Below are positions 1 through 9,735 of a stretch of 32,000 nucleotides of DNA, in pieces. The position numbers were made by a program, and so were the translations under genes. The notes beneath the pieces were generated by a model. The model saw nothing but the letters and a program-made list of their open reading frames with translations, had not been told where the DNA came from and did no database searches. The DNA comes from Litchfieldella qijiaojingensis. Lineage in GTDB: Bacteria; Pseudomonadota; Gammaproteobacteria; Pseudomonadales; Halomonadaceae. The DNA is taken from the NCBI RefSeq assembly GCF_014651875.1, contig NZ_BMXS01000002.1, positions 228,446-260,445 of the forward strand, written 5' to 3'. Each line of letters opens with the position of its first letter. The stretch's first letter is position 1.

Positions 1-774
1 GCGCATGATGCGACCGTCGAGTTCCGGCACCAGCCCATGCAGATAGGCATTGGTGGCCACCACCAGAAAATCGGCGCTCACCTTGCCGCCCGCGGTGATC
101 GCCTGCACCGGCTGCCCCTGGCGCACTTCGATGACGGCACTGTGCTCGCATATCCTCGCCCCGGCACGTTGCGCGGCTCGTGCCAGCCCAAGGGTATAGT
201 TGAGAGGGTGAAGGTGGCCGCCCTCGGCCTCGAATAACGCGCCTGGATAGACATCGGTCACTACGTGCTCTCTCAAGGCCTCGCCTTCCAGCCACTCCAA
301 GGCTGTGTAGCCGTAGCGTTCAGCCATTCCGGCCTGGAAAGCCTTGAGCTCATGAACATGACGCGGTTTGACCGCGGCATGCAGATAGCCCCAGGCAAGA
401 TCACAGGGAATCGCGTGCCGTTCGACCAACGACGCAGTCAGACGCACTGACTCGCGACTCATCTCCCAAACCTCTCGCGCACGCTCCAGTCCGAGGGCTT
501 TCTCGACCGTGGCGATGTCGGTGCCCAACCCGGGCAGGATCTGGCCGCCACTGCGCCCCGACGCCCCATGACCGATTTCCCCGGCCTCCAACAACATCAC
601 CGAGTAGCCGCGTTCGGCAAGATGCAATGCCGTGGAACAACCAGTAACCCCGCCACCTATCACACAGACATCGACACGCGCCTCTCCTTGAAGAGGCGGG
701 CATTCGGAAAGCGTGACCGCAATGCTGTCACGGTAGTAGGAAACGGGTCTCTGAAGGGCAGAAGCAAGGGGCAT
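1..774 (-). CDS. FAD-dependent oxidoreductase (gamma-glutamylputrescine oxidase PuuB / DAO family-like), N-terminal 258 codons; C-terminus lies beyond the window edge
   Basis: My own minus-strand translation from the ATG at 774..772 stays open to position 1. It reads MPLASALQRPVSYYRDSIAVTLSECPPLQGEARVDVCVIGGGVTGCSTALHLAERGYSVMLLEAGEIGHGASGRSGGQ... The VIGGGxxG Rossmann dinucleotide-binding motif is followed by the GASGRSGGQ typical of PuuB/DAO-type enzymes. It is absent from the ORF track because it runs off the window. Confidence 0.8.
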   Translation of the reverse strand, partial: MPLASALQRPVSYYRDSIAVTLSECPPLQGEARVDVCVIGGGVTGCSTALHLAERGYSVMLLEAGEIGHGASGRSGGQILPGLGTDIATVEKALGLERAREVWEMSRESVRLTASLVERHAIPCDLAWGYLHAAVKPRHVHELKAFQAGMAERYGYTALEWLEGEALREHVVTDVYPGALFEAEGGHLHPLNYTLGLARAAQRAGARICEHSAVIEVRQGQPVQAITAGGKVSADFLVVATNAYLHGLVPELDGRIMR

Positions 775-1118
775 GTGCGGTTTCCTTGCAATGGGCAGCA
801 CCGGTAGGAAAACACTGAATAATTGCCTGCACGGGTGAATCGCTGCGTTACGCGGTGCTCGGAAGCCTCACATATACCCCATATGCTCCGGTTCCTGCGC
901 TCCGGGCGCCTTGCGCTTCACGCCGTTCGCCGATTTATTCAGCGCTTCCCTAGGTCCTGCCGCTTGTTGTTGTTGAATTCTTTCACCACGGCAGATGGCG
1001 AAAAGGCCATGACATCGACCTTTCTTGCCATTCAGTCTGCCACCACACCACCTCACCATGTCAAGTATTCAATAACGATTTTTTTATCAATGCCCATCAC
1101 AACAGCGTCAGCGCGGAA

Positions 1119-1358
1119 CTACTCATAGCACTTCAGAGCGGCTAGAAAAGCTTCCAGCACACGATGCGGGCGACGATCACGACGCGTAATGACCACGAAA
1201 GGCGTCAAATAATGACCATCATCGACAGGAAGTGTCCTGAGCCGACCAGCCGCCCCCCATGGCTCGGCGAGATGGTCAGGCAGATAGCCGATATAACGGC
1301 CGGCAAGAATCAGAAACGCAGCACCTTCGCGATCCGAGGCCGTCGCCGTGCCTGTGAG
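1119..1358 (-). pseudogene. Remnant of a LysR-family regulator (C-terminal effector-domain fragment only, no HTH)
   Basis: The C-terminal ~70 aa of ORF 1119..1478 (...DREGAAFLILAGRYIGYLPDHLAEPWGAAGRLRTLPVDDGHYLTPFVVITRRDRRPHRVLEAFLAALKCYE) look like the end of a LysR substrate-binding domain. The upstream part of the ORF overlaps the 3' end of moeB in another frame and has no LysR-like sequence. No N-terminal wHTH is present. Confidence 0.5.
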
Positions 1359-1404
1359 CCTGGCATGCGGCTCGCACGCGGCCTCGGATGGACTACCCTG
1401 CCTG

Positions 1405-2166
1405 TCAGCGAGCGCTGCAGACCGGGCAGGCCGGGTCGCGGGGCACCCGGAAATGGCGCCATTCGCCACGCAGGCCATCGAAAGTCGACAACCCGCGATG
1501 CACTTGGCCAGCCCCGCTGAGCAGCTTGACCGCCTCCAGTGCCTGAAAGCTGCCGATCAGTCCCACTAACGGCGCCACCACGCCATTCTCGGCACAACGC
1601 AGTTCGTCATCGTCTCTCCCGGATTCACCAGGGGGATAGAGACAGGCATAGCAGGGACTGTCAGGGTCACGGGGATCGAAGACCGCCAACTGCCCGGAAA
1701 AACGGATCGCTGCCCCGGAGACCAACGGTTTGCCGGCCTTGTGACAGGCACTGTTGATGGCATAGCGGCTGGAGAAGCGGTCGGTGCAGTCGAGAACCAG
1801 ATCGCACTCCGCCACCACCGCGTCGAGTCGCGCGCCTTCCAGGTGATGCGTCAAGGCGCGGATCTCGCAGCCCGGGTTGAGCGCCCTGGCCGCTTCCTCA
1901 GCGGATTCGGCCTTGTTGCGGCCCAAGTCCGCTTGGGTGTGGGCAACTTGTCGCTGCAGGTTGGAGAGCTCAACGTCATCGGCATCGGCCAAGGTCAGAC
2001 GCCCTACCCCAGCGGCCGCTAGATACAAGGCCACCGGTGAACCCAGCCCACCGGCACCGATCACCAGCGCATGGCTGCTCAATAGCCGTTCCTGGCCCTC
2101 GATATCGATGGCGTCGAGCATGATCTGGCGGCTATAACGCAACAGCGCTTCGTTATTCATTGCCAC
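1405..2166 (-). CDS. moeB: Molybdopterin-synthase adenylyltransferase MoeB (ThiF/MoeB/HesA family E1-like enzyme)
   Basis: 253 aa. Carries LLRYSRQI, the nucleotide-binding GAGGLGSP motif, and the paired zinc-site motifs CYAC and CPVC. Its position downstream of prmC matches the Pseudomonas hemA-prfA-prmC-moeB arrangement as I recall it. A ThiF assignment cannot be formally excluded. Confidence 0.8.
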   Translation of the reverse strand: MAMNNEALLRYSRQIMLDAIDIEGQERLLSSHALVIGAGGLGSPVALYLAAAGVGRLTLADADDVELSNLQRQVAHTQADLGRNKAESAEEAARALNPGCEIRALTHHLEGARLDAVVAECDLVLDCTDRFSSRYAINSACHKAGKPLVSGAAIRFSGQLAVFDPRDPDSPCYACLYPPGESGRDDDELRCAENGVVAPLVGLIGSFQALEAVKLLSGAGQVHRGLSTFDGLRGEWRHFRVPRDPACPVCSAR

Positions 2167-2185
2167 GCGACGGACTCCTGCTCAT

Positions 2186-2686
2186 TTATCTATCGTCGAA
2201 CTGGTCGATGTCGGGAATATGCAGGGCGAATTCCTCCTTGACCTCTTCCATGACCACATAGCTCTTGGACTCCTTGACCCCGGGCAGTGTCAGCACCACG
2301 TCGCCGAGAAGCTGACGATAGGCGGACATCTCAGGAATCCTGCACTTGAGGATGTAATCGAATTGCCCAGACACCAAGTGACATTCCTGAATCTGCGGCA
2401 GCTTGCTGACCGCCCGGCGGAACTCATCGAACACCGCCGGCGACTGGGTTTCCAGGCTGATCTCGACGAATACCAGAAGATTGGCCTTCAGGGCCTTGGG
2501 ATCGAGTACGGCCTTGTAACCGCGAATGATACCGGCGCGCTCGAGTCGCTTGACCCGCTCCAGGCAAGGAGTGGTGGACAGACCAACCTGGGCGGCCAGG
2601 TCGACATAGGAAATGCGCGCGTTCTCCTGCAGACAACGCAGGATCTTCAGATCGATTCGGTCCAGCGAACGAGTCTTGGCTTTCAT
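2186..2686 (-). CDS. lrp: Leucine-responsive regulatory protein Lrp (AsnC/Lrp family)
   Basis: 166 aa. Near-collinear with E. coli Lrp as I remember it: LDRIDxxIL..., TPCLERVxRLER, LLVFVEIxL, IQECHLVSGxFDYxLKxRxPxMSAYRxLLG, YVVMEEVK. Confidence 0.9.
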   Translation of the reverse strand: MKAKTRSLDRIDLKILRCLQENARISYVDLAAQVGLSTTPCLERVKRLERAGIIRGYKAVLDPKALKANLLVFVEISLETQSPAVFDEFRRAVSKLPQIQECHLVSGQFDYILKCRIPEMSAYRQLLGDVVLTLPGVKESKSYVVMEEVKEEFALHIPDIDQFDDR

Positions 2687-2878
2687 TGTAATGTGCAGTC
2701 CGAGCCAATGGCTGTTGAAGACGAGAGGCTGGCAATATCATCTGCTAAACATAGTCAATGTAGTTATATGTAGCGCCATGCAAGCATATGCCAGTCATAG
2801 ATAACTGGTTTGCGTACCATCACCTTTAGTATTACCACATCGGGCAGGCCGGGCTCCAGCGCCTTCCTTTCCTTGGCT

Positions 2879-3721
2879 TCAACGCAGCGGCGCATGCCCC
2901 AGGCTGACTCGCTCTCGCCCCCCCAGGTCCTCGAGCGTGGCCACCTCACGATACCCCCGGCCATGCAAGGCACGGCGCACGTCTTCCCCCTGGGTCAAAC
3001 CATGCTCGAGTAGCAACCAACCCGAAGGGGCCAGATATGATGCGGCCTTCCGCACCAAAGCGTGAAGGTCGGCCAACCCGGCCTCGCCGGCCACCAGCGC
3101 CGAGCGCGGCTCGAAGCGTACGTCCCCCTGCCCCAGGTGAGGGTCGTCGTCGGCAATATAAGGTGGATTGGAGACGATCAAGTCGAAGCGTTCTTCCACC
3201 AGCTCATTGAACCAGTCGCCGACGCGAAAGCGGGCATTGGCAATTCCGTGACGAGCGGCATTGTCCGTGGCAAGGGCGACCGCGGCCGGCTCCCGGTCGA
3301 CGCCCAGCACCTCCCAGCCTGGACGTTCGATGGCAAAGGCCAGGGCGATGGCTCCGGTACCTGTACCGAGGTCGAGCAGCCGACCCGAGCCACTAGTCGC
3401 TTTTTCCAGAGCCGCTGCCACTAGGGTTTCGGTATCCGGACGTGGAATCAAGGTCGCCGGCGTGGTGGCCAAGCGCAATCCCCAGAACTCTCTCTCGCCC
3501 ACCAGGTAAGCAACTGGCTGGCCCTCCGCCCGTGCCGCTACCAAAGCTTCGAATCGTGCCCAGGAGAAGCTCTCGGCATGGCGATCGCCCCACGTATAGA
3601 GCCAGCTTCTCTCGACGCCGAGCACATGACACAACAGCACCTCGGCGTCCAGTCGGGGACTCGGCGAGCCTGCCTGTTCGAGGCGCCCAGCAGCTCGCTT
3701 CAGCAAGGTATCGAGTCGCAT
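2879..3721 (-). CDS. prmC: Release-factor glutamine N5-methyltransferase PrmC (HemK)
   Basis: 280 aa. Has the SAM-binding LDLGTGTGAIAL motif and the catalytic NPPY (VSNPPYI). The start ATG (3721..3719) overlaps the prfA TGA (3723..3721), reading TGATG, which suggests translational coupling. Confidence 0.9.
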   Translation of the reverse strand: MRLDTLLKRAAGRLEQAGSPSPRLDAEVLLCHVLGVERSWLYTWGDRHAESFSWARFEALVAARAEGQPVAYLVGEREFWGLRLATTPATLIPRPDTETLVAAALEKATSGSGRLLDLGTGTGAIALAFAIERPGWEVLGVDREPAAVALATDNAARHGIANARFRVGDWFNELVEERFDLIVSNPPYIADDDPHLGQGDVRFEPRSALVAGEAGLADLHALVRKAASYLAPSGWLLLEHGLTQGEDVRRALHGRGYREVATLEDLGGRERVSLGHAPLR

Positions 3722-4806
3722 CAGGTGCTTTGCAACGCGGCCAATTGCTCGGCCTGGTATTCGTGGATCAAGGGCTCGACCACTTCGTCGAGCTCGCCGG
3801 TCATGACCTCGCCGAGCTTGTAGAGAGTCAGATTGATCCGATGGTCGGTGATCCGCCCTTGGGGAAAGTTGTAGGTGCGGATACGTTCGCTGCGATCGCC
3901 GGAACCGACCAGCGAGCGCCGTGCGTCGGCCTGTTGCTGACGCTGGCTATCCACGGCACTCTGCTTGAGACGCGCGGCCAGCAGCGACATCGCCTTGGCA
4001 CGGTTCTTGTGCTGACTGCGCTCTTCCTGGCACTCCACTACCACTCCGGTCGGCAAGTGGGTGATGCGAATTGCCGAGTCGGTAGTGTTGACGTGCTGCC
4101 CACCAGCACCGCTGGAACGGAAGGTATCCACCCGCAGGTCGTTGGAATTGATCTCGATGTCGCCGACCTCGTCGGCCTCGGGCATTACCGCCACGGTGCA
4201 AGCCGAGGTATGGATGCGCCCCTGGGACTCGGTAGCCGGCACCCTTTGCACGCGATGCGCTCCCGACTCGAACTTGAGACGCGCGTAGACACCTTCGCCC
4301 TTGACCCGCGAAATGATCTCCTTGTAGCCCCCCTGCTCACCATGGCTGGCGCTGATCACCTCGACCTTCCAGCCTTGCTTCTCGGCATAACGGGAATACA
4401 TGCGGAACAGGTCACCAGCGAACAGCGCCGCCTCGTCACCGCCGGTGCCGGCGCGAATCTCGAGAAAGACATTGCGCCTATCGTCGGGATCCTTGGGCAC
4501 CAACAGGCGCTTGAGCTCCTCTTCAAGCGCAGCAAGCCGTTCGCGCCCCTCGGCCAGTTCCATCTCGGCGAGTTCACGCATTTCGGCGTCGCTGTCGCCA
4601 GCAAGCTGCTCGGCCGTCTCGATATCGCCCTCTACCTCACGATAACGACGCCACGCGGCCACCAAGGCCTCGAGGTCGGCATATTCGCGGGAGTAGTCGC
4701 GAAACGTGACCTGATCGGCGATCACATCGGGCTCGGCGAGTAGTGCGGCAAGTTCTTCGAAACGTTCGTGGAAGGAGTCCAGACGCTGGCGCAATGTCGC
4801 TTTCAT
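3721..4806 (-). CDS. prfA: Peptide chain release factor 1
   Basis: 361 aa from the ATG at 4806 ([19 protein letters not shown]...). Has the PxT-type RF1 tripeptide region ([14 protein letters not shown]) and the GGQ motif ([14 protein letters not shown]). The longer track ORF starting at 4899 would overlap hemA and adds a non-homologous Pro/Arg-rich leader. Confidence 0.95.
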   Translation of the reverse strand: MKATLRQRLDSFHERFEELAALLAEPDVIADQVTFRDYSREYADLEALVAAWRRYREVEGDIETAEQLAGDSDAEMRELAEMELAEGRERLAALEEELKRLLVPKDPDDRRNVFLEIRAGTGGDEAALFAGDLFRMYSRYAEKQGWKVEVISASHGEQGGYKEIISRVKGEGVYARLKFESGAHRVQRVPATESQGRIHTSACTVAVMPEADEVGDIEINSNDLRVDTFRSSGAGGQHVNTTDSAIRITHLPTGVVVECQEERSQHKNRAKAMSLLAARLKQSAVDSQRQQQADARRSLVGSGDRSERIRTYNFPQGRITDHRINLTLYKLGEVMTGELDEVVEPLIHEYQAEQLAALQST

Positions 4807-4834
4807 GAAGGGTCCTGTCGGTTGATGGCCGCGG

Positions 4835-6106
4835 TCACGGGTCCTGGGAAGGTGTCGCCGGATCGAGCAGCAAGGCCTCGGCCGCGGCGATGATGTCATG
4901 GCGCTCGGCCCCGGATGCTTCGCGCAGTCGCGTCGTCGGACCGTGCATCAGCTTGTTGGAGAGCTGGCGTGACAGGCGGCCCACGACCTTCTGCGGATCG
5001 TCGCCCTTGGCCAACTGCGCGAGGGCCTGGGCTTCGGCCGCGGCTCGCATTGTTTCGCCCTGCTCGCGGTAGCGCCGGATCAGATCGCCGGCACCTCGCA
5101 CCCGTCGTTCATGCTGCCAGTTCCCCACCCCATGCTCGATCAGCACTTCGGCCTGGTCGGCGGCCACCTGGCGGTAACGTCGATTTTCTTCGATCACTTC
5201 CTGCAGGTCATCGACGGTATAAAGGAAGACATCGCTCAACTCTCCGACCTGGGGTTCGATATCCCGAGGCACGGCGATGTCGACCATGAAAACCGGTCGA
5301 TGACGACGCTTCCTGATGGCCCGTTCGACCATGCCCTTGCCGAGGATCGGCAACGGCGCGGCAGTCGAGGAAATCACGATATCGGCGCGTTCCAGCGCAT
5401 GCGGGATCTCGTTGAGCGTGATCGCCTGGCCGGCGAACTCGCCGGCCAGGCGCTCGGCCCGCTCGCGCGTCCGGTTGGCGACGATCAACTCACGGATGCC
5501 AGCCTCGCGAAGATGCCGCGCCACCAGTTCAATGGTCTCACCGGCCCCGATCAACAACGCCCGCTGGCACGAAAAATCATCGAAGATACGACTGGCCATG
5601 CTGACCGCGGCATAAGCCACCGACACGGGGTTCTCGCCAATCCCGGTTTCGGTACGTACCTGCTTGGCCACGGCGAAGGTATGCTGGAACAGCCGTTCGA
5701 GTTCGCCCCCCAGCCCCTGGTGCAGGCGAGCCGTCTGGTAGGCCTCCTTGAGCTGGCCGAGGATCTGCGGCTCACCAAGCACCATGGAATCGAGTCCTAC
5801 CGCCACACGCATCAGATGCCGGGCGGCCTCATCATCCAGATAGTGATAGGCGCACTGCGCCAACTGCTCGACCCCCAGGTTGTGAAAGCGGCCCAGCCAC
5901 TCGAGAATCGCTTGTTCGCCCTTCGCGGAGGTCACGCAATAGAGCTCGGTGCGATTGCAGGTCGACAGCACCGCCGCCTCTTGCACCTCAGGCAGTGCAC
6001 GCAGCTCGGCAAGCGCCACCTCGAGCTGGGTCGGCGCAAAGGCAACCTGCTCGCGCACCTCGACGGCAGCGGTCTTATGATTGATTCCCAGAGCGAGAAG
6101 CGTCAT
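4835..6106 (-). CDS. hemA: Glutamyl-tRNA reductase
   Basis: 423 aa. The N-terminus [19 protein letters not shown] and the active-site STCNRTE motif (Cys) are present, with an NADPH-binding GAGE region. The classic hemA-prfA-prmC order is kept. Confidence 0.95.
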   Translation of the reverse strand: MTLLALGINHKTAAVEVREQVAFAPTQLEVALAELRALPEVQEAAVLSTCNRTELYCVTSAKGEQAILEWLGRFHNLGVEQLAQCAYHYLDDEAARHLMRVAVGLDSMVLGEPQILGQLKEAYQTARLHQGLGGELERLFQHTFAVAKQVRTETGIGENPVSVAYAAVSMASRIFDDFSCQRALLIGAGETIELVARHLREAGIRELIVANRTRERAERLAGEFAGQAITLNEIPHALERADIVISSTAAPLPILGKGMVERAIRKRRHRPVFMVDIAVPRDIEPQVGELSDVFLYTVDDLQEVIEENRRYRQVAADQAEVLIEHGVGNWQHERRVRGAGDLIRRYREQGETMRAAAEAQALAQLAKGDDPQKVVGRLSRQLSNKLMHGPTTRLREASGAERHDIIAAAEALLLDPATPSQDP

Positions 6107-6274
6107 TCGGTCAGAATCTTGGCATCAGGAGTATTCAAGCGAGTCACACGGTCGTATGTCTTGCGAGGCGTCACATTCTACCACAGCCTCGAATAAGGAT
6201 GGCGCCTCCCAATGTCGTTGACCACCTCCGCCAAGCCGTTATGCTGAACGCTTGGCACAGTGAACGAGGCGAAC

Positions 6275-8008
6275 ATGCGCGCACGCTTGATCCAGGCAGC
6301 TCTAGCGGTACCGGTAGCGATCCTTCTGAATGGCTGCCAGGGCATGTCGCCCTCTCCTGTCGCCGAGCTCGACGACCCACTTGCCCATGCTCCCCCGGTC
6401 GCTTACGGTCTGGACGCGGAAGGGCTGCGGACGCTGCTGATGGCGGAGTTCGCAGGCCAGCGCGGTGATTATCGCGAAGCCAGCCGCGGCTATCTCGAAG
6501 CGGCCGAGCGCTATGAGTCGCTGCCCTTGGCCGAACGCGCAACCCTGGCTGCGCGCTTCGCCAACGACCCCGAATTGCTCGAGCAAAGTGCCAGACGCTG
6601 GCAAGCCCTGTCACCGGATGCTGAAGCACCGTCCCGCTTGCTGGCCAGCCTGGCCTTGCAGCGTGGCGACTGGCTGGCCAGCCTCGAACAGCGTCTGATG
6701 CTGAGCAAACGCGGCATTCACGGCGAACTGGCGACCTTTACCGAACAGGCCATCGACCGGGGAGCCGATATCCCGCCGCTGCTGGAACGGCTGCGCGAGC
6801 ACCTGTCGCAGAACGGCTTGAGCGACCAACCGCACCACTACGATGCTATTCTCGCCACCGCTCTGCTGGAAGCCGCCAATGGCGAGTTCGAGCGCGCCGA
6901 ATCGCGCCTGGATACCCTGAGCCGCAGCCATCCGGAATTGCCGGCACTATGGCTGACTCAGACCCATATCGCACTGGAACGCGGCAATATCGTTGCCGCC
7001 CGCGATGCCGCCCGCCGGGGTCTCGAGATCTCGCCCGACGATGGGCGCTTCATTCTGCTGGTGGCGCAAACCGAACTCCGCCTGGATAATGTCGAGGCCG
7101 CCGAGGCTCAGGTCGACACCCTGCTCGAACGCCATAGCGGCGAAGATGAGTTGCGCCTGGCACTGGCCCACCTGTATCTGGAAGAAGGCTATCCATCCCC
7201 CGCTCGACGTTTGCTACTGCCCTTGGTCAGCACTGACGACACGCCGCCCATGGCCTTTATTCTGCTCGGTAGCATTGCCGAGGAAGAAGGGGAGATCGAC
7301 AATGCCTTGCTTTACTATCGCCAGGTGCCGCCAGGCGACAACTTTCTTCAAGCGCGCCAACTCGCCGCGCAGATGCTGATCGATGACGACAGGCTGATGG
7401 ATGCCCGCAACTTCCTGCGCATCGAACGCCTGCGACACGAAGACCAGGCCAACGCATTGATCACACTCGAGGTGCAACTGCTCGACCAGCAAGGACTCGG
7501 CGACGATGCCAGCGCCCTGATCCAACGCCAACTCGCGCATGAACCCGACAACCATGAACTGCGCTACCTGCGTGCCATGCGCGCCTTCGGCAACGGTGAC
7601 TTGGAGGCTATGGAGCGCGATCTACGATACATCATAGAGCAGGATCCAAACCATGCCATGGCACTCAATGCCTTGGGCTACACCTTGACCGACATGACCG
7701 GCCGTCACGAGGAGGCTCGCGAGCTGATCGAAAGGGCCTACCAGCTGGCACCGGATAACGCCGCCATCCTCGACAGCATGGGTTGGGTCCACTACAAACA
7801 AGGCGACTATGAAAGTGCTCTCACCTATCTGGAGCGTGCCTACGCCACCATGCCCGACCAGGAAATCGCTGCGCATATCGCCGAGGTACTGTGGGCACTG
7901 GGCCGTGAGGAAGAAGCCCGTGCCATGATTGCCGAGAGCCTCGAGCGTTACGAGGAGCGCCCCGTCGTCGACGAATTGCTGAAACGCATTCCCGAGTTGG
8001 CCCCCTGA
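6275..8008 (+). CDS. TPR-repeat lipoprotein (conserved partner gene upstream of lolB)
   Basis: I prefer the ATG at 6275, which has GAGG 6 nt upstream. The signal peptide and lipobox read MRARLIQAALAVPVAILLNGC. The body is Leu/Ala/Glu-rich with repeated TPR-like 34-aa helices (e.g. ALNALGYTLTD...EARELIERAYQLAPDNAAILDSMGWVHYKQGDYESALTYLERAY). The position matches the TPR gene preceding lolB in pseudomonads. Confidence 0.8.
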   Translation: MRARLIQAALAVPVAILLNGCQGMSPSPVAELDDPLAHAPPVAYGLDAEGLRTLLMAEFAGQRGDYREASRGYLEAAERYESLPLAERATLAARFANDPELLEQSARRWQALSPDAEAPSRLLASLALQRGDWLASLEQRLMLSKRGIHGELATFTEQAIDRGADIPPLLERLREHLSQNGLSDQPHHYDAILATALLEAANGEFERAESRLDTLSRSHPELPALWLTQTHIALERGNIVAARDAARRGLEISPDDGRFILLVAQTELRLDNVEAAEAQVDTLLERHSGEDELRLALAHLYLEEGYPSPARRLLLPLVSTDDTPPMAFILLGSIAEEEGEIDNALLYYRQVPPGDNFLQARQLAAQMLIDDDRLMDARNFLRIERLRHEDQANALITLEVQLLDQQGLGDDASALIQRQLAHEPDNHELRYLRAMRAFGNGDLEAMERDLRYIIEQDPNHAMALNALGYTLTDMTGRHEEARELIERAYQLAPDNAAILDSMGWVHYKQGDYESALTYLERAYATMPDQEIAAHIAEVLWALGREEEARAMIAESLERYEERPVVDELLKRIPELAP

Positions 8009-8040
8009 ACCGATCTTTCCCCGGAACCAGAGACAGGACC

Positions 8041-8646
8041 ATGATACGCCCCCTGATCGTTGCCTTGCTGACCCTCGCCCTGCTGGCCGGTTGCGCAACC
8101 CGGCCACTGGACACGGAAGCCCCCCACGAACGAGTTCCCTGGCGGGATCAGGCACAACGCCTGGAGCGACTCGAGCACTGGACACTGGCTGGCAAGGTCG
8201 GTTTACGAACGCCCCAGGACTCGACCAGTGCCAACCTCGACTGGACCCAGTATCCCGGCTACTACCGTATGTTGATCAGCGGTCCCTTTGGCAGTGGACG
8301 CAATCTGCTTGAGGGACGTCAAGGGCGGGTATCACTCAGCACCAGCGAAGGGCGCTTCGAGGCGGACAGCCCCGAAGCACTGATGGAGCAGCAGCTCGGT
8401 TGGTCGCTGCCTATCTCGGCCCTCGATCACTGGGTACGCGGTCTGCCCGCCCCGGGCAGCCATTACGAACGCGAAGCGGATGAACTGGGTTATCCCAAGC
8501 AGTTGCAGCAAGCCGGTTGGGAGATCGATTACCGCGATTGGCGCCAGGCCGATGGCCTGTGGCTGCCCCAGCGCATGGTCATGACCTACGACGAGCTTCG
8601 CGCCACGCTGGTGATCAACGATTGGCAACCAGGTGAGCCGCGATGA
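8041..8646 (+). CDS. lolB: Outer-membrane lipoprotein LolB
   Basis: 201 aa. The lipoprotein signal MIRPLIVALLTLALLAGC has lipobox LAGC. Size and position (immediately before ispE) fit LolB. The W-rich barrel-like body (WTLAGKVGLR...ANLDW) is consistent with that call. Confidence 0.85.
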   Translation: MIRPLIVALLTLALLAGCATRPLDTEAPHERVPWRDQAQRLERLEHWTLAGKVGLRTPQDSTSANLDWTQYPGYYRMLISGPFGSGRNLLEGRQGRVSLSTSEGRFEADSPEALMEQQLGWSLPISALDHWVRGLPAPGSHYEREADELGYPKQLQQAGWEIDYRDWRQADGLWLPQRMVMTYDELRATLVINDWQPGEPR

Positions 8647-9539
8647 ACAGGCCGCGAGCCATGCTGACCCTGCCCGCCCCCGCCAAGCTCAACCGCATGC
8701 TGCACATCACCGGGCGACGCGACGACGGCTATCACACGCTACAGACGCTATTCCAATTCCTCGACGTCGGCGACACCCTGCACTTCTCGCTCCGCGACGA
8801 CGGTGAAATACGTCTGACGCCCGCACTTCCGGGTGTTGCGACCGAAGCCAATCTGATCGTACGCGCGGCACGCATGCTCCAGGCGGAGAACAGCTGCCAT
8901 CTGGGGGCGGACATTCGACTCGACAAACGCCTTCCCATGGGCGGCGGCCTGGGAGGTGGCAGTTCCAACGCCGCCACTACCCTGCTGGCTCTGAACAGAC
9001 TATGGAAGCTGGCACTCAGCGAAGATCGGCTCGCCGCCCTGGGTCTGCAACTCGGCGCCGATGTGCCAGTCTTCGTGCGCGGTCACGCCGCCTGGGCCGA
9101 GGGCATCGGCGAGCGCCTCACGCCAGTGGAGCTCGACACCCCCTGGTTCGTGGTCCTGCATCCCGGCGTCACGGTGGCAACGGCCAGTGTATTCAATGCC
9201 CCGCAATTGACACGAGACACCCCCCCCATTACTATGGCGCGCGCACTGCAGGGGGGGGCTCCCGCATGGCGCAACGACTGCCAGACAACGGTATGCGAAC
9301 GTTACCCGGAGGTCTCGAAGGCCTTCGACTGGCTATCCGGCTTTGCACCGACCATGCTTACAGGCACCGGTGCCTGCCTGTTTGCGCGTTTGACGGACGA
9401 GCGCCAGGCCGATAGCATTTTGCAGCGTGTCGGTTCCGGCTGGCATGCCTTTAAGGCGAAGGGCTGCAATCTTTCTCCCCTCCATGCGGCTCTGGGATGT
9501 CGCGCCGTGTCGGCCAAGGGCCGGGCTAAAGCGCTATGA
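8643..9539 (+). CDS. ispE: 4-diphosphocytidyl-2-C-methyl-D-erythritol kinase
   Basis: The GHMP kinase motif PMGGGLGGGSSNAA is present. The N-terminus reads PAPAKLN..LHITGRRDDGYH. The ATG at 8643 overlaps the lolB TGA (ATGA). An internal Met at 8661 is an alternative start. Confidence 0.9.
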   Translation: MNRPRAMLTLPAPAKLNRMLHITGRRDDGYHTLQTLFQFLDVGDTLHFSLRDDGEIRLTPALPGVATEANLIVRAARMLQAENSCHLGADIRLDKRLPMGGGLGGGSSNAATTLLALNRLWKLALSEDRLAALGLQLGADVPVFVRGHAAWAEGIGERLTPVELDTPWFVVLHPGVTVATASVFNAPQLTRDTPPITMARALQGGAPAWRNDCQTTVCERYPEVSKAFDWLSGFAPTMLTGTGACLFARLTDERQADSILQRVGSGWHAFKAKGCNLSPLHAALGCRAVSAKGRAKAL

Positions 9540-9593
9540 CAACTCCGTCGCAGCCCAGGAAGGCTGCGACTCGGGACCGAGATATCAGACTGG

Positions 9594-9668
9594 TGGGGTA
9601 TAGCCAAGTGGTAAGGCAGCGGTTTCTGGTACCGCCATTCGCAGGTTCGAATCCTGCTACCCCAGCCA
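9594..9668 (+). tRNA. tRNA-Gln (anticodon CUG)
   Basis: 75 nt: TGGGGTATAGCCAAGTGGTAAGGCAGCGGTTTCTGGTACCGCCATTCGCAGGTTCGAATCCTGCTACCCCAGCCA. It folds as a cloverleaf with a 7-bp acceptor stem, anticodon loop TTCTGGT, a GTTCGAATC T-loop and an encoded CCA. It is close to E. coli tRNA-Gln. Confidence 0.9.
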
Positions 9669-9735
9669 TGCCCCGACACCGGTTGAGTTGTCACCATCCC
9701 TCACAGAGATCCCAACACTCCAAAGGTGGCTGCGC

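Noticed and set aside
823-1128. 101-aa plus-strand ORF in the spacer between the oxidoreductase gene and the LysR remnant
   Set aside because: It has no RBS and odd composition (MPARVNRCVTRCSEASHIPHMLRFLRSGRL...), and I recognise no motif. It is probably non-coding promoter or decayed sequence. blastx could revisit this.
3442-4743. 433-aa plus-strand ORF
   Set aside because: It lies entirely antisense to prfA and prmC, which have unmistakable RF1 and HemK motifs. Its translation is Arg/Gly/Leu/Ala-rich with no recognisable motif. This is the typical shadow ORF of high-GC DNA.
3721-4899. Long form of prfA (392 aa) as given in the ORF track
   Set aside because: The extra 31 N-terminal residues ([31 protein letters not shown]) overlap the hemA 3' end and are not RF1-like. 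MKATLRQRL at 4806 matches RF1 N-termini.
5111-6196. 361-aa plus-strand ORF
   Set aside because: It is antisense to hemA and has no motif content. A high-GC shadow ORF.
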